A stretch of DNA of 64,000 nt from Candidatus Binatia bacterium (GTDB taxonomy: Bacteria > Desulfobacterota > Binatia > UBA9968 > CAXXLF01): contig CAXXLF010000002.1 in assembly GCA_963664015.2 (NCBI GenBank), positions 1,472,001 to 1,536,000 of the forward strand, in the 5' to 3' direction. Positions within the stretch are counted from its first letter, which is position 1, and every line of letters starts with the position of its first letter. The position numbers and the translations under genes are program-made. The notes beneath the pieces were generated by a model that searched no databases, had not been told where the DNA came from, and saw only the letters and a program-made list of their open reading frames with translations. Positions 1-10,528 of this stretch are shown piece by piece.

Positions 1-1409
1 TGACTAAGTTTTAACGAACCGTCTCCTCCCTCCACCGTGAGGACCGGATAGCCGCCCTGCTTGGTCCACGTATCCATGATTGCCTTGACCGGTTTGCCCG
101 AGGCCTCGCCCAGGGCTTGCCACAGGTCCTCGGTTGTGGCGTTGCTGTACTGATGCCGCTTCAGGTAATCGTGGAGCCCGCGGCGGAAGTCGTCTTCTCC
201 CAGAAAGGCTGCCAGCATGCGAATAATCGATGATCCCTTGCTGTAGCTAATGGCATCGAAGATCTCGCTGATCTCATTGGGATCCTTGACCTCCACCTCG
301 ATGGGATGGGTGCTCTCTAGACCGTCCAGATCCAGCGCTCGGCTGAGATCGCTATAGACAAACTGAGTCCATATCTGCCACTCGGGGAAGAGGTGATCCA
401 CGGCCAGATACTCGATCCACGAGGCAAAGCCCTCGTTGAGCCAGAGGTGCGTCCACCACTCCATGGTAACGAGATTACCGAACCACTGATGGGCCAGCTC
501 GTGGGCTATGACCACGGCAACGCGCTGGCGCGTGGCTTCTGAAGACTGCTCGGGGTCCACGAGTATGGCCGTCTCACGGTAGGTCACCGCGCCCCAGTTC
601 TCCATGGCACCGGCAGCGAAATCTCCAATGGCGATCAGGTCCATCTTTGGCAGCGGATAGGGGAGGCCGAAGTAGTCATCAAAGAAGGACAGGGTCCGAC
701 TGGCGACCTCTAATGCGAATCGCCCCTGCTCCTTTTTCCCCAGCGGCGTATAGACTCGTACCAACACACCTTCACGGCTCTTCTCCTCGACATAGTCCAA
801 CTCCCCGACGATGAAAGCGAGAAGGTACGTCGACATGATAGGCGATTCACCGAAACGGACGACCTTCCGCCCGCCGTCCTCTGTATAGCTCTCCACAATG
901 GGCATATTGGAGATCGCCACGCGATCCGGTGGGACCTTCAGTGTAACCTCGAAGGTCGCCTTGCGGGCGGGCTCATCCCAGCAGGGGAAGGCGCGCCGGG
1001 CGTCGGTGGCCTCGAACTGGGTTACCGCCATATTACGCTTGTCACCGCCTACGAGGTATTCGCTGCGATAAAAACCTCGCATCTGATCGTTGAGGGTACC
1101 TTTAGAAAACACCTTGAGGGTCGCCGGCCCCGTGTCAAGCGGCCGGTCGAACTCGAATGAAGCCGTCTCTTCCTTTTCGTCCAGTTGAATCCCCTTGGGT
1201 GTGTGTGACTCTCCTTTTTGCCGAAGCTCCACCGACTCAAATTCGAGCTCGGCGGCGTGGAGCACGATAAGGGACGTAGCCTTTTCAATCTGGATTTCGA
1301 TCTCGGTGCAGCCTTCAAAAGAGCAATGAGAAAGGTCGGGTGCTAGGGTAACCCGATACTTTTCAGGACGAACACCATCCGGCAACAGCACACGTTGCAA
1401 TCTTTCCAC
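1..1409 (-). CDS. M1 family zinc aminopeptidase (3' end runs off the window)
   Basis: Not in the ORF track; translated by hand from GTG 1409 (GGGAGG RBS upstream). Contains TQFEATDARRAFPCWDEP, AGAMENWG, HELAHQWFG, WLNEGFA and YSKG. Confidence 0.95.
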   Translation of the reverse strand, partial: MERLQRVLLPDGVRPEKYRVTLAPDLSHCSFEGCTEIEIQIEKATSLIVLHAAELEFESVELRQKGESHTPKGIQLDEKEETASFEFDRPLDTGPATLKVFSKGTLNDQMRGFYRSEYLVGGDKRNMAVTQFEATDARRAFPCWDEPARKATFEVTLKVPPDRVAISNMPIVESYTEDGGRKVVRFGESPIMSTYLLAFIVGELDYVEEKSREGVLVRVYTPLGKKEQGRFALEVASRTLSFFDDYFGLPYPLPKMDLIAIGDFAAGAMENWGAVTYRETAILVDPEQSSEATRQRVAVVIAHELAHQWFGNLVTMEWWTHLWLNEGFASWIEYLAVDHLFPEWQIWTQFVYSDLSRALDLDGLESTHPIEVEVKDPNEISEIFDAISYSKGSSIIRMLAAFLGEDDFRRGLHDYLKRHQYSNATTEDLWQALGEASGKPVKAIMDTWTKQGGYPVLTVEGGDGSLKLS

Positions 1410-1553
1410 AACAGCCTCCCTAAACCTCTGACACGAATTGTAATGACTCTGGTGGGACTGACCGGATCTATGGCCACCCCACCCTGACCCTAATAATTAG
1501 CATCCCAAGCTCACTACTTGCCAGAGGTAAGTCAATTATGTAACTTTTAATTG

Positions 1554-1826
1554 ATGCCTGATTCCATTGAGGTTACCCGGAAGGATTCTAAAACCTTTAC
1601 GGTCACCGTGAATGCAGCTACTCCAACCACACACACGGTTACCCTCGAACCTGAATACTATGAAAAGCTCGCCGGCGGCAAGGTCACGCCGGAAACGCTC
1701 ATTGAGAAATCCTTTGAATTCCTGCTTGAACACGAGAGCAACACGTCGATTCTATCCAGCTTCGACCTCCCCGTGATCGGCCGTTATTTCCCCGAATACG
1801 AACGGTCCGTCGTTCAGCGACTGTAG
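1554..1826 (+). CDS. Small conserved hypothetical protein
   Basis: Natural-looking 90-aa ORF with SFEFLLEHE...ILSSFDL.VI..YFPEY; function unknown. Confidence 0.7.
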   Translation: MPDSIEVTRKDSKTFTVTVNAATPTTHTVTLEPEYYEKLAGGKVTPETLIEKSFEFLLEHESNTSILSSFDLPVIGRYFPEYERSVVQRL

Positions 1827-1829
1827 GCG

Positions 1830-2135
1830 CAAACCAGTAAGACAGTAGGCAGGGGGCAGCAAGACGCAAAGCGACAGAAGTCAGAGATCAGCGAGGCCAG
1901 AAATACAGCAAGGCAGCGCTAAGATTTCAGCTTTGACCGCAAAGCGCATGGAGCATAGCGCAAAGCGTTCCGGTCTTAGCTATCAGCACTCAGCTTTTAG
2001 TTCCGGACTAGCCCGCAATTAGTGTTCGGTTGATAGGATTCGAATTCGAATTTCTTGCTGTGTTCTGCATACTGCCTTTCTGCTCACTGTCTTTCCGACC
2101 TCTGACTCCTGATCTCTGGCCTCTGATCTCCGGCG
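1830..2135. repeat. Mosaic intergenic repeat tract with imperfect nested inverted repeats
   Basis: Purine-rich left half (aagacagtaggcag, gaagtcagagatcag..ggccaga) is mirrored by a pyrimidine-rich right half (actgcc..actgtcttt, ctgatctctggcctctgatctc). Confidence 0.65.
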
Positions 2136-2342
2136 GCCCCCCCCCGGGGAACCTTTGGCGTCGGACAATTGTTATATCTACCGATATATAAGGATATAAG
2201 TATGGCTAGTAAGGAAAAAGGCTATCGACCCACCTGAGCTGGCAAGGCATGGGGCGCGCTCCTGTTAGGGGCGGTCATGGTTGGGGTTTGGCTCATAAAG
2301 TGTCTGATGGGTTGAGGAAATCTACAATTTTCTGAATCCGGG

Positions 2343-2875
2343 CTAGTGCTTGGCCCCGGGGACGGAATTATTAACGGCCCCCTCGATCGACTTGGCCCGC
2401 CTCCGCTCGTTGGCTGGCCGGCTCTTACCATCCCACCCGATCTGGTCCATGGCTGCGTAGATCTCGATATTGAAACCGTTAAAATCCTGAAACTCCACCC
2501 CCACATTGCATCCCGGTCCCCGGCGACCTTCGAACTGGATCACCAAACCCTTGGCTCGCAAGAAATCACGAATTGTATATAGCTCCGAGACGCTGCTCAC
2601 CTCCAGGGCACAGTGGCTGAACCTGACCCCATCGGCATTAGGAACCTTGCCCGAATCCACAGCCGGGGCCAAGCCCATGGTATGGTGATCCGAGGTATTG
2701 CGTAAAAAGACCATACCCCGGTCGTTTCGGTCCGTGATGTGAAAGCCCATGATCTCGGTCCAGAAACGGGTGGTCCGCTCTACGTCGGAGACATTGAAAA
2801 CCACATGTCCTACTTTCTGACCCGCACCGGCGAGTTCTGCCCTTCAGCCTGCGTGTTGGATCCTTCGTTGGCCAT
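2343..2875 (-). pseudogene. VOC/glyoxalase family protein with a 1-bp frameshift near the 5' end
   Basis: ATG 2875 reads MANEGS...PVRVRK then stop; the other frame continues KVGHVVFNVSD...DHHTMGL...FSHCALEV. One A is missing in a short A run near 2815, which could be a sequencing error. Confidence 0.75.
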
Positions 2876-2928
2876 GCGACACCTCCCCTGATTTACACCG
2901 GAATTAAAAGTTTAAACTCGATAGTGGG

Positions 2929-3930
2929 TCAAATTTTTAGCAACCGCCGGGCATTTCCCTCGAGGATCTCCCGCTTCTCCGCTTCGGGACAATCAAGGCC
3001 CAGGACCGTTTCCACGTTCATAAAATCTCCCAGGGTATACGGATAATCGGTCCCCACCATGAGCCGGTCCGAACCGGCAATACGTTTCAGGTATTCGAGA
3101 GTATCTACGCGATAGACGAGCGTATCGAAGTAGAGGTTCTTTTTGAGGTAAACGCTGGACGCCGAGACTGAATCTGCACCCCGTGCCCCCATACGAACCT
3201 TATGGCCCCGGTCAAAGCGCCCCAGATGGTAGGGAAAGAAACCACCGCCATGGAGGGAACAGAGCTTCAAGTTGGGGAAGCGATCGAAGACGCCGCTAAA
3301 GCTCATCAGGCCGAGAGAAAGGGCGCTGTCCGCCGGATTGCCGCAGATTTGGAGCATTCCATAAGGGTCCATACGCTCCGCTCCGGCCACGTCTTCGGGG
3401 TGCATAACGATCAGAGCATCCAGCTCCTCGGCCTTCTTCCAGAAGGGGTCGAACTCCTGGCTGTTGTAATAGTTCCCGTTCACGTTGGTGCCGATATAAC
3501 CACCGCGGCACTTGAGCTCTACCATGGCATGCTTGAGAACCTTGGCGGCCCGCACCGGGTCCTGGAGCGGCACGGCGGCCATGGTAACGAAACGGTCCGG
3601 ATACTGCCGCTCGAGTTCGGCCAACCCTTCATTATAGAGGCGGCACCAGGTCTCCCCCCCCGGACCGTCCAGTTGGTAGCTGAGACAGGCCGTATGGGGC
3701 TCGAGGGCGGCAATGGCGATCATCCCCTTGTCCATGGCCTCCAAGCGGGGTTCCACCCCCACGAGGCTGGGGATAACGACAAAGGATTTGCGTCCGGCAA
3801 AAGTGAATGTGGGCTGCCCTGCTTTACCCTCCCCGACTTCTACGCCGATGGACTTGCCGCTTTTTCTCATCTCCTCGATCAACCCCGGCGGGACGTAGTG
3901 ATGGTGAATATCTATAGCGCATCGATCCAT
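2929..3930 (-). CDS. Amidohydrolase family 2 protein (ACMSD-like decarboxylase)
   Basis: IDIHHHYVP, MHP, GVFDRFPNLK..HGGG, GTDYPY motifs. Confidence 0.9.
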   Translation of the reverse strand: MDRCAIDIHHHYVPPGLIEEMRKSGKSIGVEVGEGKAGQPTFTFAGRKSFVVIPSLVGVEPRLEAMDKGMIAIAALEPHTACLSYQLDGPGGETWCRLYNEGLAELERQYPDRFVTMAAVPLQDPVRAAKVLKHAMVELKCRGGYIGTNVNGNYYNSQEFDPFWKKAEELDALIVMHPEDVAGAERMDPYGMLQICGNPADSALSLGLMSFSGVFDRFPNLKLCSLHGGGFFPYHLGRFDRGHKVRMGARGADSVSASSVYLKKNLYFDTLVYRVDTLEYLKRIAGSDRLMVGTDYPYTLGDFMNVETVLGLDCPEAEKREILEGNARRLLKI

Positions 3931-4123
3931 AATGGGTCTCCTGTCTACGGCCCGGTTAGCATACTGCCGCGATTAACGTCAATCCCACTGCGTGATTCGT
4001 GGGACGACCTGTTCTTACACGATTTATAATAAACTATATCAACCACGGGGTTTAAATCCTCGTGTTCTATATAACTTTAAAAGGAAAGAGCTACCGCTTC
4101 TCCCCTTTGGAAGCCCCATCAGT

Positions 4124-4200
4124 CCTTCGACTCTGCTCAGGATGGTGAGCGTGCCCTTTGAGAGCCTCAGGGCCATGAGCTTGTCGAATCGGTCGAACCA
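4124..4200. repeat. REP-like palindromic repeat (CCTTCGAC..GCTCAGG / TGAGC.TGTCGAA family)
   Basis: ccttcgactctgctcaggatggtgagc...catgagcttgtcgaa; related copies near 26013-26050 and 30343-30390. Confidence 0.65.
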
Positions 4201-4237
4201 TTATGTGCCCGCGGCAAGCCGCGGGGCTCCCTAATAA

Positions 4238-4651
4238 TCAAGACGATCCATCCAGAATGGGTAGATGGGACTCGTCAATTGCCGCCCAGTTCACCCGGCT
4301 GGCCCACTGCTTGTGAGCTGTAGGCCGGGTCGCCGGTTCGTCGTCCAGCGTCCCGGCGGGGATGATCACCTGCTCGCCGTTGCGCGTCGCATGGGGCACA
4401 GGGGAACCGCAGTGTCTGCAGGTGCAAGTGGCAAAGCTCTGGGCCTCCGGCAGGTCGTAGCGAAATATAAGCTCCTCCCCCACGGTCCAACGGAACTGAT
4501 CCATCGGCACTGCTATATTCGTCGCCCGCACCCCACCCGTCGCCTTCCTGCAGCGCCGGCAGTAGCAGTGGCTGAACCTGAGGAATGGGGTATCCACCTC
4601 ATACCGAACCGACTTGCAAAGACAACTTCCGTGAAACACTGTTTCCGCCAT
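4238..4651 (-). CDS. GFA (CENP-V) family Zn-binding protein
   Basis: GSCLC..VRY, HCYCRRCRK, CRHCGSP motifs. Confidence 0.9.
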   Translation of the reverse strand: MAETVFHGSCLCKSVRYEVDTPFLRFSHCYCRRCRKATGGVRATNIAVPMDQFRWTVGEELIFRYDLPEAQSFATCTCRHCGSPVPHATRNGEQVIIPAGTLDDEPATRPTAHKQWASRVNWAAIDESHLPILDGSS

Positions 4652-4734
4652 TCGACCTCTCCTTTTTCCCGGCCCGCCAGACTTAAAGATAACCTATGCA
4701 ACCTTCCAAACCTTAGCAAGTACTCACGACATAG

Positions 4735-5065
4735 AGCAAAGCACTAGACAGTAAGACCGTAGGCAGTATGCAGAGGGCTGCAAGATGCAAAGCACATAGG
4801 GCAGGGCGCAGCAGAAGTTAAAAGGGAAAGGTAAAAAGGGAAAAAACAAAGAAGGCTGTCAGCTATCAGCTTTCAGCTCCGGACTCACGAGTGTCAAGAT
4901 TTGGACCATGAATTCTCTTCGTTGATCACTTAATACTATTCCGGCCCCCCCCGGTCTTCTGTCTTTCTGACTTCTGACCTTCGACCTCTGATCTATGATC
5001 TCCGTCTTACTGCTTACTGTCTTTCTTTTCCCCCATACTTTACGCTATGCTCTTGGCTCTTTGCT
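4735..5065. repeat. Mosaic intergenic repeat tract
   Basis: agacagtaag, gcatagggcagggcgc, aagttaaaagggaaaggtaaaaagg and tcagctatcagc modules on the left; complementary ctgacttctgacct, cttactgtct, cgctatgctc modules on the right. Confidence 0.65.
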
Positions 5066-5133
5066 GTAAGGGTTTCATGCTCGCATCCAGACCAAGGAAT
5101 TTAAAATAGTCCTGAGAACAAAGGAAATGCCCT

Positions 5134-6375
5134 GTGAGCAACGCTAAGCCTAAAAGTGGGATTTACTCGCGCTACAATTTTTTATCCATTTACATCCCGG
5201 CAATGACGCTGGCCGTAGGGACAGGGATCATCATCCCGGTCCTCCCCATCTTCGCAAAATCCTTCCAGGTTACCTTTGAAGTTGCCTCCCTCGTCATTAT
5301 CATGCAGCAGCTGGGGGTAACCCTGGCGAGTCTCCCGACCGGTCTTCTTCTGGACCGCATCGGACGCCGGAAGGTGGTGCTGGCTGGCCCGATACTGCTC
5401 TCTCTCTCATCGTTCCTCACCGTTATAGCGCGCTCATTTCCAGAGTTGCTCTTCTATCGCTTCATCGGCGGGGTAGGACAGCAGATGTGGCAGCTCGGCC
5501 GACTGACAATGATCGCCGATACGGGGGCTGACCGGGAACGGGGACGCCAAATCACGACCATGAGCGCCATGGAGAACGCCGGACGGCTCTTCGCGCCAGC
5601 CCTCGGAGGGTTTGTCGCCGTTATTTGGGACATCCGCGCCCCGTTTATTGTCCATGGGTTGCTCTCGCTCGCAGCCATTATCCCAAGTTTCAAGTTGGTG
5701 CGAGAGACGGCTCCCCACCTGACGAATGATAGTAAGGGTGAGCAAGCCGATTCAGGGCCGGACGCGGGATTCAGGGCGCTGCTCACGTATCAGGTGATTA
5801 TATTCTTTGTCGCCCAATTCTTGGCTTCACTGACAAGGGGCCCGATATTTTCCGGACAGATCAACTTTTACGGTGCCTACGCCTATGACCTGGGACCGCA
5901 AACCATCGGCATCCTCGCAACTGCGGTGACGGCCATTGCCATCCCTATCACGCTGGGCGCGGGTTACATTATGGACCGCTACGGGCGCAAGGCCACTCTA
6001 GTACCCGGTTTCTCCTTGCTGACTGTAGCACTGATTTTTATCGGTATTACGGATTACACAAGCTCGTCCTTCAAGATCTTTGTGATCGCGTACCTCTGTG
6101 TCTTCACCAGCAACGCCATTACCGGCAGCAACATGCAGGCACTGGGGTCAGACATCGCCCCCAAGAAGGCCCGGGGAAAATTCTTCGGAGTTTGGACTAC
6201 GGTGGGGACCTTCGGCGCTCCTACCAGCACATCCATTTTCGCTTTGCTCTCTGCTGCAAGGGGATACTGGGCAGCCTTTGGCTTCCTCAGCGTGATGGCG
6301 CTCAGCACGGCCGTTATTCTCGGTACCCAGGTGCGTGATCGCTTACGAGAAAAGCCGAACCCCAAGACGGAGTGA
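5134..6375 (+). CDS. MFS transporter
   Basis: About 12 hydrophobic segments; MFS motif A twice (GLLLDRIGRR, GYIMDRYGRK). Confidence 0.92.
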   Translation: MSNAKPKSGIYSRYNFLSIYIPAMTLAVGTGIIIPVLPIFAKSFQVTFEVASLVIIMQQLGVTLASLPTGLLLDRIGRRKVVLAGPILLSLSSFLTVIARSFPELLFYRFIGGVGQQMWQLGRLTMIADTGADRERGRQITTMSAMENAGRLFAPALGGFVAVIWDIRAPFIVHGLLSLAAIIPSFKLVRETAPHLTNDSKGEQADSGPDAGFRALLTYQVIIFFVAQFLASLTRGPIFSGQINFYGAYAYDLGPQTIGILATAVTAIAIPITLGAGYIMDRYGRKATLVPGFSLLTVALIFIGITDYTSSSFKIFVIAYLCVFTSNAITGSNMQALGSDIAPKKARGKFFGVWTTVGTFGAPTSTSIFALLSAARGYWAAFGFLSVMALSTAVILGTQVRDRLREKPNPKTE

Positions 6376-6497
6376 AGGGGGTGGGAGGAACGGTCTCGGG
6401 GTTCTGATCTAGCGGGTCAAAGATAAGAAAGATAAGCACGCCCACGAACGTCGAACACGGCCATGAGTGCAATCAAGGAGGCAGGGAGGAAAGATCT

Positions 6498-6911
6498 ATG
6501 ACCATTGCGGAAGCCAAGGAGTTTTTGAAAGACAAACACCACGGCGTCCTGGTAGCGCGGAAGAAGGATGGCTCGCTTCAAATGACACTGGTTTCTCCCG
6601 TACTCGGTTTCTCGGGGAACGTAATCATCACTAGCCGGGGGGGGACCTACAAGGTCAAAAACATCAAACGCAATCCGCAGATTTCACTGCTAATCTTTGG
6701 CGATGAGTTTCACGGTTCCAACTACATCCAGATCGACGGCCAGGCAGAGGTCGTCCCCCAACCCCAGGCCATGGATCTCGTTCTCGACTGGCACCGCCAG
6801 ATCCGGGGAGAGCCGACCGACTGGGGTGCGATCCGAGAAAAGACCCTGGCTGAAGACCGCATCGCCATGCGGATCACCATTGAAAGAGTCGGCCCCCAGA
6901 AGAACAATTGA
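6498..6911 (+). CDS. PNPOx-like split-barrel protein (PPOX class, possibly F420-binding)
   Basis: GVLVARKKDGS.Q, KVKNIKRNPQISL, EDRIAMRI patterns; GGGAGG RBS. Confidence 0.8.
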   Translation: MTIAEAKEFLKDKHHGVLVARKKDGSLQMTLVSPVLGFSGNVIITSRGGTYKVKNIKRNPQISLLIFGDEFHGSNYIQIDGQAEVVPQPQAMDLVLDWHRQIRGEPTDWGAIREKTLAEDRIAMRITIERVGPQKNN

Positions 6912-6943
6912 CGGTTTCACGAGCACGAGACACGTCGAAACAC

Positions 6944-7426
6944 TTAATGCAGATAGCCGCTACCGCCGGAGCCCTGCGACAGGGCGAAGGAGAGATTGGA
7001 GCGAACGGCCCCCATATGGGGATTGATCTCGAGGGCCTTACGAAAGCAGATCGCCGCCTCGTCAAACTGATCGAGGGACATATGGCATAACCCCTGACCC
7101 GAGTAAGCGGCAAAGTGATTGGGATTGCGCACTACGGTCTCTCGGCAATCGTCGATAGAATCCGCATACCTCTTTGCCATGAAACGTACCGTGGCGCGCT
7201 TGTTCCAGCCTTCGGCAAAGTCGGGGGCAAGACCCATCACACGAGTGAACAGCTCTTCGGCCTCGTCCAGTTCGCGGCGCTGTAGGGCCTCGACGCCGGA
7301 TCGAAAGACCTTGTCCGCTTCCGGGCTGTTCGACCGACACCAGCAACTCCAGAGAAAGGCTTCCGCCGTCGCCGCCAGCGTACGGTCCTTGCCCTTCAAA
7401 GCTGTCAAAGCCTCCGCCTCAGTCAT
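6944..7426 (-). CDS. Tetratricopeptide repeat protein
   Basis: TPR repeats with PDFAEGWNKRATV and NPNHFAAYSGQG; paralog near 20980-21537. Confidence 0.85.
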   Translation of the reverse strand: MTEAEALTALKGKDRTLAATAEAFLWSCWCRSNSPEADKVFRSGVEALQRRELDEAEELFTRVMGLAPDFAEGWNKRATVRFMAKRYADSIDDCRETVVRNPNHFAAYSGQGLCHMSLDQFDEAAICFRKALEINPHMGAVRSNLSFALSQGSGGSGYLH

Positions 7427-7511
7427 TCTCACCCGCAAAGCGCATTGCGCATAATGTTTGTCTTTGGCGTTTAGTGTTCAGTTACCGTCCTTAGTCGTTA
7501 GTCGCTGATGA

Positions 7512-7670
7512 GATCTCAAATTTCAAATAATGCCAAAATCCGGAACTCTAAACAATATCAAAATTCAAATTACCAAAGCCCTAAACTATCCAATGCTGTA
7601 GTTTCGAAATTAGGCATTCTGTTATTTGACTTTATTTCGGATTTAGGATTTCGTTATTCGATTTTCGAAA
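7512..7670. repeat. AT-rich imperfect inverted repeat (aaattccaa/ttcggattt type)
   Basis: Left arm aaatttcaaat..aaatccggaactctaaacaa..aaattcaaat; right arm atttcggatttaggatttcgttattcgattt. Resembles the flanks often seen around four-helix-bundle genes, here with no gene inside. Confidence 0.6.
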
Positions 7671-7806
7671 CTGTCTTTTTTCTTGGCATGGCTGACAGCC
7701 TTCTTTGTTTTTTGCCTTTTTACTTTTCCCTTTTAACTTGTGCTGCGCCATGCTCTTTGCCCTTTGCTATATTCTTGCATGACCTCTGTCTCTTTCCGCC
7801 TTGCCT

Positions 7807-8892
7807 CTACGGAAAATTAATCACCGCCTTGACCACCCGGTAGCTCGCCATGGCCTCCAGCGCCTCATTAACCTGTTCCAAAGAATAGCTGGCAGTAATC
7901 ATCTCCTCGAAGGGGAAGGTCTCCTTACGCGATGCCAGGAAGTCGATTGCTTGCAGCCAGTGACGGGGTTCCCCGGACCGAATGGTGTGGAATGTGATCT
8001 CTTCGGGAATCCGGTTCACGGCGATCTCGGCTTTTCCGCCGGCGCCGATGCACACGTACCTACCGCCAGCGCGCAGAAGGGTGAGTCCCTCGGGCACCGC
8101 CATGTTGTTCGCCACCTGAATCACGACATCGGCCCCACGCCCGGCGGTGTGGTCGTGTACCCACATTTGCCGATCGGCTGCGTCGGTCACCTCTTCCAGG
8201 TTCAGAACCTCGTCCGCACCCATACGCTTTGTCACCTCCAGGCGCGCCGCCGGTGCCCCGATCACCAGCACCTGTTTAGCCCCGTGGTCTCGCGCCACCG
8301 CAGTCGCGAAGTTGCCCAGGGGACCGCTCCCCTGGATGACCACCGTCTCGTGGCTCTTGATCGCTCCCAGCCGGTCGTAACCATGCATTACCGTACGGTA
8401 CGCGCAGGCGGCGGCCGCCGCCGATGCGGAAGAGACCTCCTCGGGTACCCGCACGATCTGGCACTCGGGCGGGACGTACATGTACTCGGCGCAGCTCCCC
8501 AGGAGGTACGGGTGGCGATCGCTCCGGTTATGCCCCCACGAGGCACGACCACGGCAGATGCAGGGTTGCACCGCAACGGTACAGTAGTAGCAGTGTCCGC
8601 AGCTAACGTAACTCCACACGACCCGGTCGCCCGGTTTTACCGGGTTGCCCAAGATGTCCGTTCGCTCCCCGTTGATCTCTTCGATGATCCCGCACGGCTC
8701 ATGCCCCGTGATGATGGGCAGTGAATCTTTAGCCGTCAGGGGACCATGCCAGCGGTGGACGTCGGTTCCACAAAGCGTCGAGGCCACGATTCGCACCAGT
8801 AGGGAACCCGGGTCCAGCTTTGGGATCGGGACCCGTTGGATCTCCAGCGGTTGGTTATGTGCCGTGATGACGGCGGCGCGACAGTCGTTCAT
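7807..8892 (-). CDS. Zinc-dependent alcohol dehydrogenase (MDR family)
   Basis: CGTDVH, GHEPCG, CGHCYYC...C structural Zn site, GSGPLG Rossmann motif. Confidence 0.93.
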   Translation of the reverse strand: MNDCRAAVITAHNQPLEIQRVPIPKLDPGSLLVRIVASTLCGTDVHRWHGPLTAKDSLPIITGHEPCGIIEEINGERTDILGNPVKPGDRVVWSYVSCGHCYYCTVAVQPCICRGRASWGHNRSDRHPYLLGSCAEYMYVPPECQIVRVPEEVSSASAAAAACAYRTVMHGYDRLGAIKSHETVVIQGSGPLGNFATAVARDHGAKQVLVIGAPAARLEVTKRMGADEVLNLEEVTDAADRQMWVHDHTAGRGADVVIQVANNMAVPEGLTLLRAGGRYVCIGAGGKAEIAVNRIPEEITFHTIRSGEPRHWLQAIDFLASRKETFPFEEMITASYSLEQVNEALEAMASYRVVKAVINFP

Positions 8893-8905
8893 GGGTATTT
8901 CTCCT

Positions 8906-9991
8906 TTACAGCGTCAGCTTATAGAACCGTTCAGCATTGCGATAGAGGACGGCTTCCTTGTCTTCCTGCGTCAGGTCGTTACTTTCCAGTAACTCCCAGA
9001 TATCATGCTTACAACTCTCGTTGGTCACCTCATGGGGAAAATCAGAAGAGTAGAAAAAAGGTTCGTTGCCCACTACCTTGATAGCAAATGGCATGGTCAG
9101 CTCCTCCGTCTCACAGCCGATATATAAACGGCCCTCTTTAATCTTATCGATGATGTACTGGCTCGGACGCTCTCCCTCCCTTATACCGAACTCGCCCTCG
9201 GGAATATGTTGAAAATGGGTTTCATGAGACGCATGAAATCGCTCCAGACACAGTAACAACCAGGCTACCCCACCCTCGAGAAACGCGATGCGCACGCGCG
9301 GGAAGCGGTCGAAGATTCCGTTAAAGACGATGCTCGCGCAGCTGATGGTTAGACCCCAGGGGTGGCCCAAGGCGTGCACCGGAACGTACATGTTCATGTG
9401 ATCCATGCCAAAGCGATCATGAGCCCCCCCGTGGACCGCCAGACAGCATCCTAGCCGATCGGCCTCGGCGTATACAGGCCAATACATTTTGGAGCCCAGG
9501 GGTGACGGCAGGCCGTTGGAGGGCATCATCCCGCCCAGCATTCCCAGCTCGGTCACAGCGCGGCGCAGCTCCTTCACGGCTTCCTCGGGATCCTGCATTG
9601 GGATGATTGCCATGCCCTTGAAGCGAGGGTCAAACTCCACGTAGGTGTGAAAAAGCCAATCGTTGTAAGCACGAGCTGCCACCACCGCGTAGTCGAGACT
9701 TACGATTTTACCGTAGGCAAGGGCTTTAGTTGGGTAGAGGACGGTCCAATCGATACCCACGTCATCGAGAAATTCGAGCCAGCCCTTAGGACCGACTCCG
9801 GGCCGGCCATCCCGCACGGGGGGTGTCTCTACCGCGCGTCCGGCGTGGAGGTGATCCAGGGGTGGAAAGACCATGTTTCTGCGTTCTGCTATTTTCCGGT
9901 AAGGGGAAGACATATGGGCAATGATTCCCTTGTTGTCCTCCTGAATGTGGCCGTCGCCATCGATGATTCTGGTCGCAAATTGCTTTGGCAT
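8906..9991 (-). CDS. Amidohydrolase family 2 protein
   Basis: IIDGDGH, RAYNDW, GIFDRFPR...FLEGGVAW, SSDFPH; start at MPKQF after a GGAGG RBS. Confidence 0.9.
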   Translation of the reverse strand: MPKQFATRIIDGDGHIQEDNKGIIAHMSSPYRKIAERRNMVFPPLDHLHAGRAVETPPVRDGRPGVGPKGWLEFLDDVGIDWTVLYPTKALAYGKIVSLDYAVVAARAYNDWLFHTYVEFDPRFKGMAIIPMQDPEEAVKELRRAVTELGMLGGMMPSNGLPSPLGSKMYWPVYAEADRLGCCLAVHGGAHDRFGMDHMNMYVPVHALGHPWGLTISCASIVFNGIFDRFPRVRIAFLEGGVAWLLLCLERFHASHETHFQHIPEGEFGIREGERPSQYIIDKIKEGRLYIGCETEELTMPFAIKVVGNEPFFYSSDFPHEVTNESCKHDIWELLESNDLTQEDKEAVLYRNAERFYKLTL

Positions 9992-10528
9992 CCCTAGTCC
10001 CTCCTGATGAAATAAAGTTAGGATAGTTGTGTTGTCGTCATGGCATTGGATGGTGATCTTATAACCCAGGATGAGTTCGAGGATCAAGCTAAAGTCGGGG
10101 TTATTACCGATGCCAAATTTGCCGGGGTAGTCAATTTTCCCGTGGTTGGGGGTTTGGCAGCGTTATACGGCAGCAATAGACTCAGCCCTCACCGCTGCTG
10201 CTACTGGATTTGGATTAGACAAATCCACCAAGATTTTACAAAAAATTAAAAAGAAGGGGGCCAGACAATGAACCAAATACGCGGATATGCCGCACGGATT
10301 GATTATGACTTATCGATGGATGTGACCAAGGTGAAGGATATGGATGCTGGGACTACATCCGTAAATGCAATGGTGAATGAGGGCCTGCGTTTGATGCGTG
10401 GCCAGAAGATGGAACAGGTTGCCCAACAGAGGAAACGCAGAAATTCGCTATCTAGCTGGTGTTGGTCAAAACGGGGCAGTTGTCTCACCGTCTATCTCGC
10501 ATACGCACAGACGTGCTTTAGAATGAAT

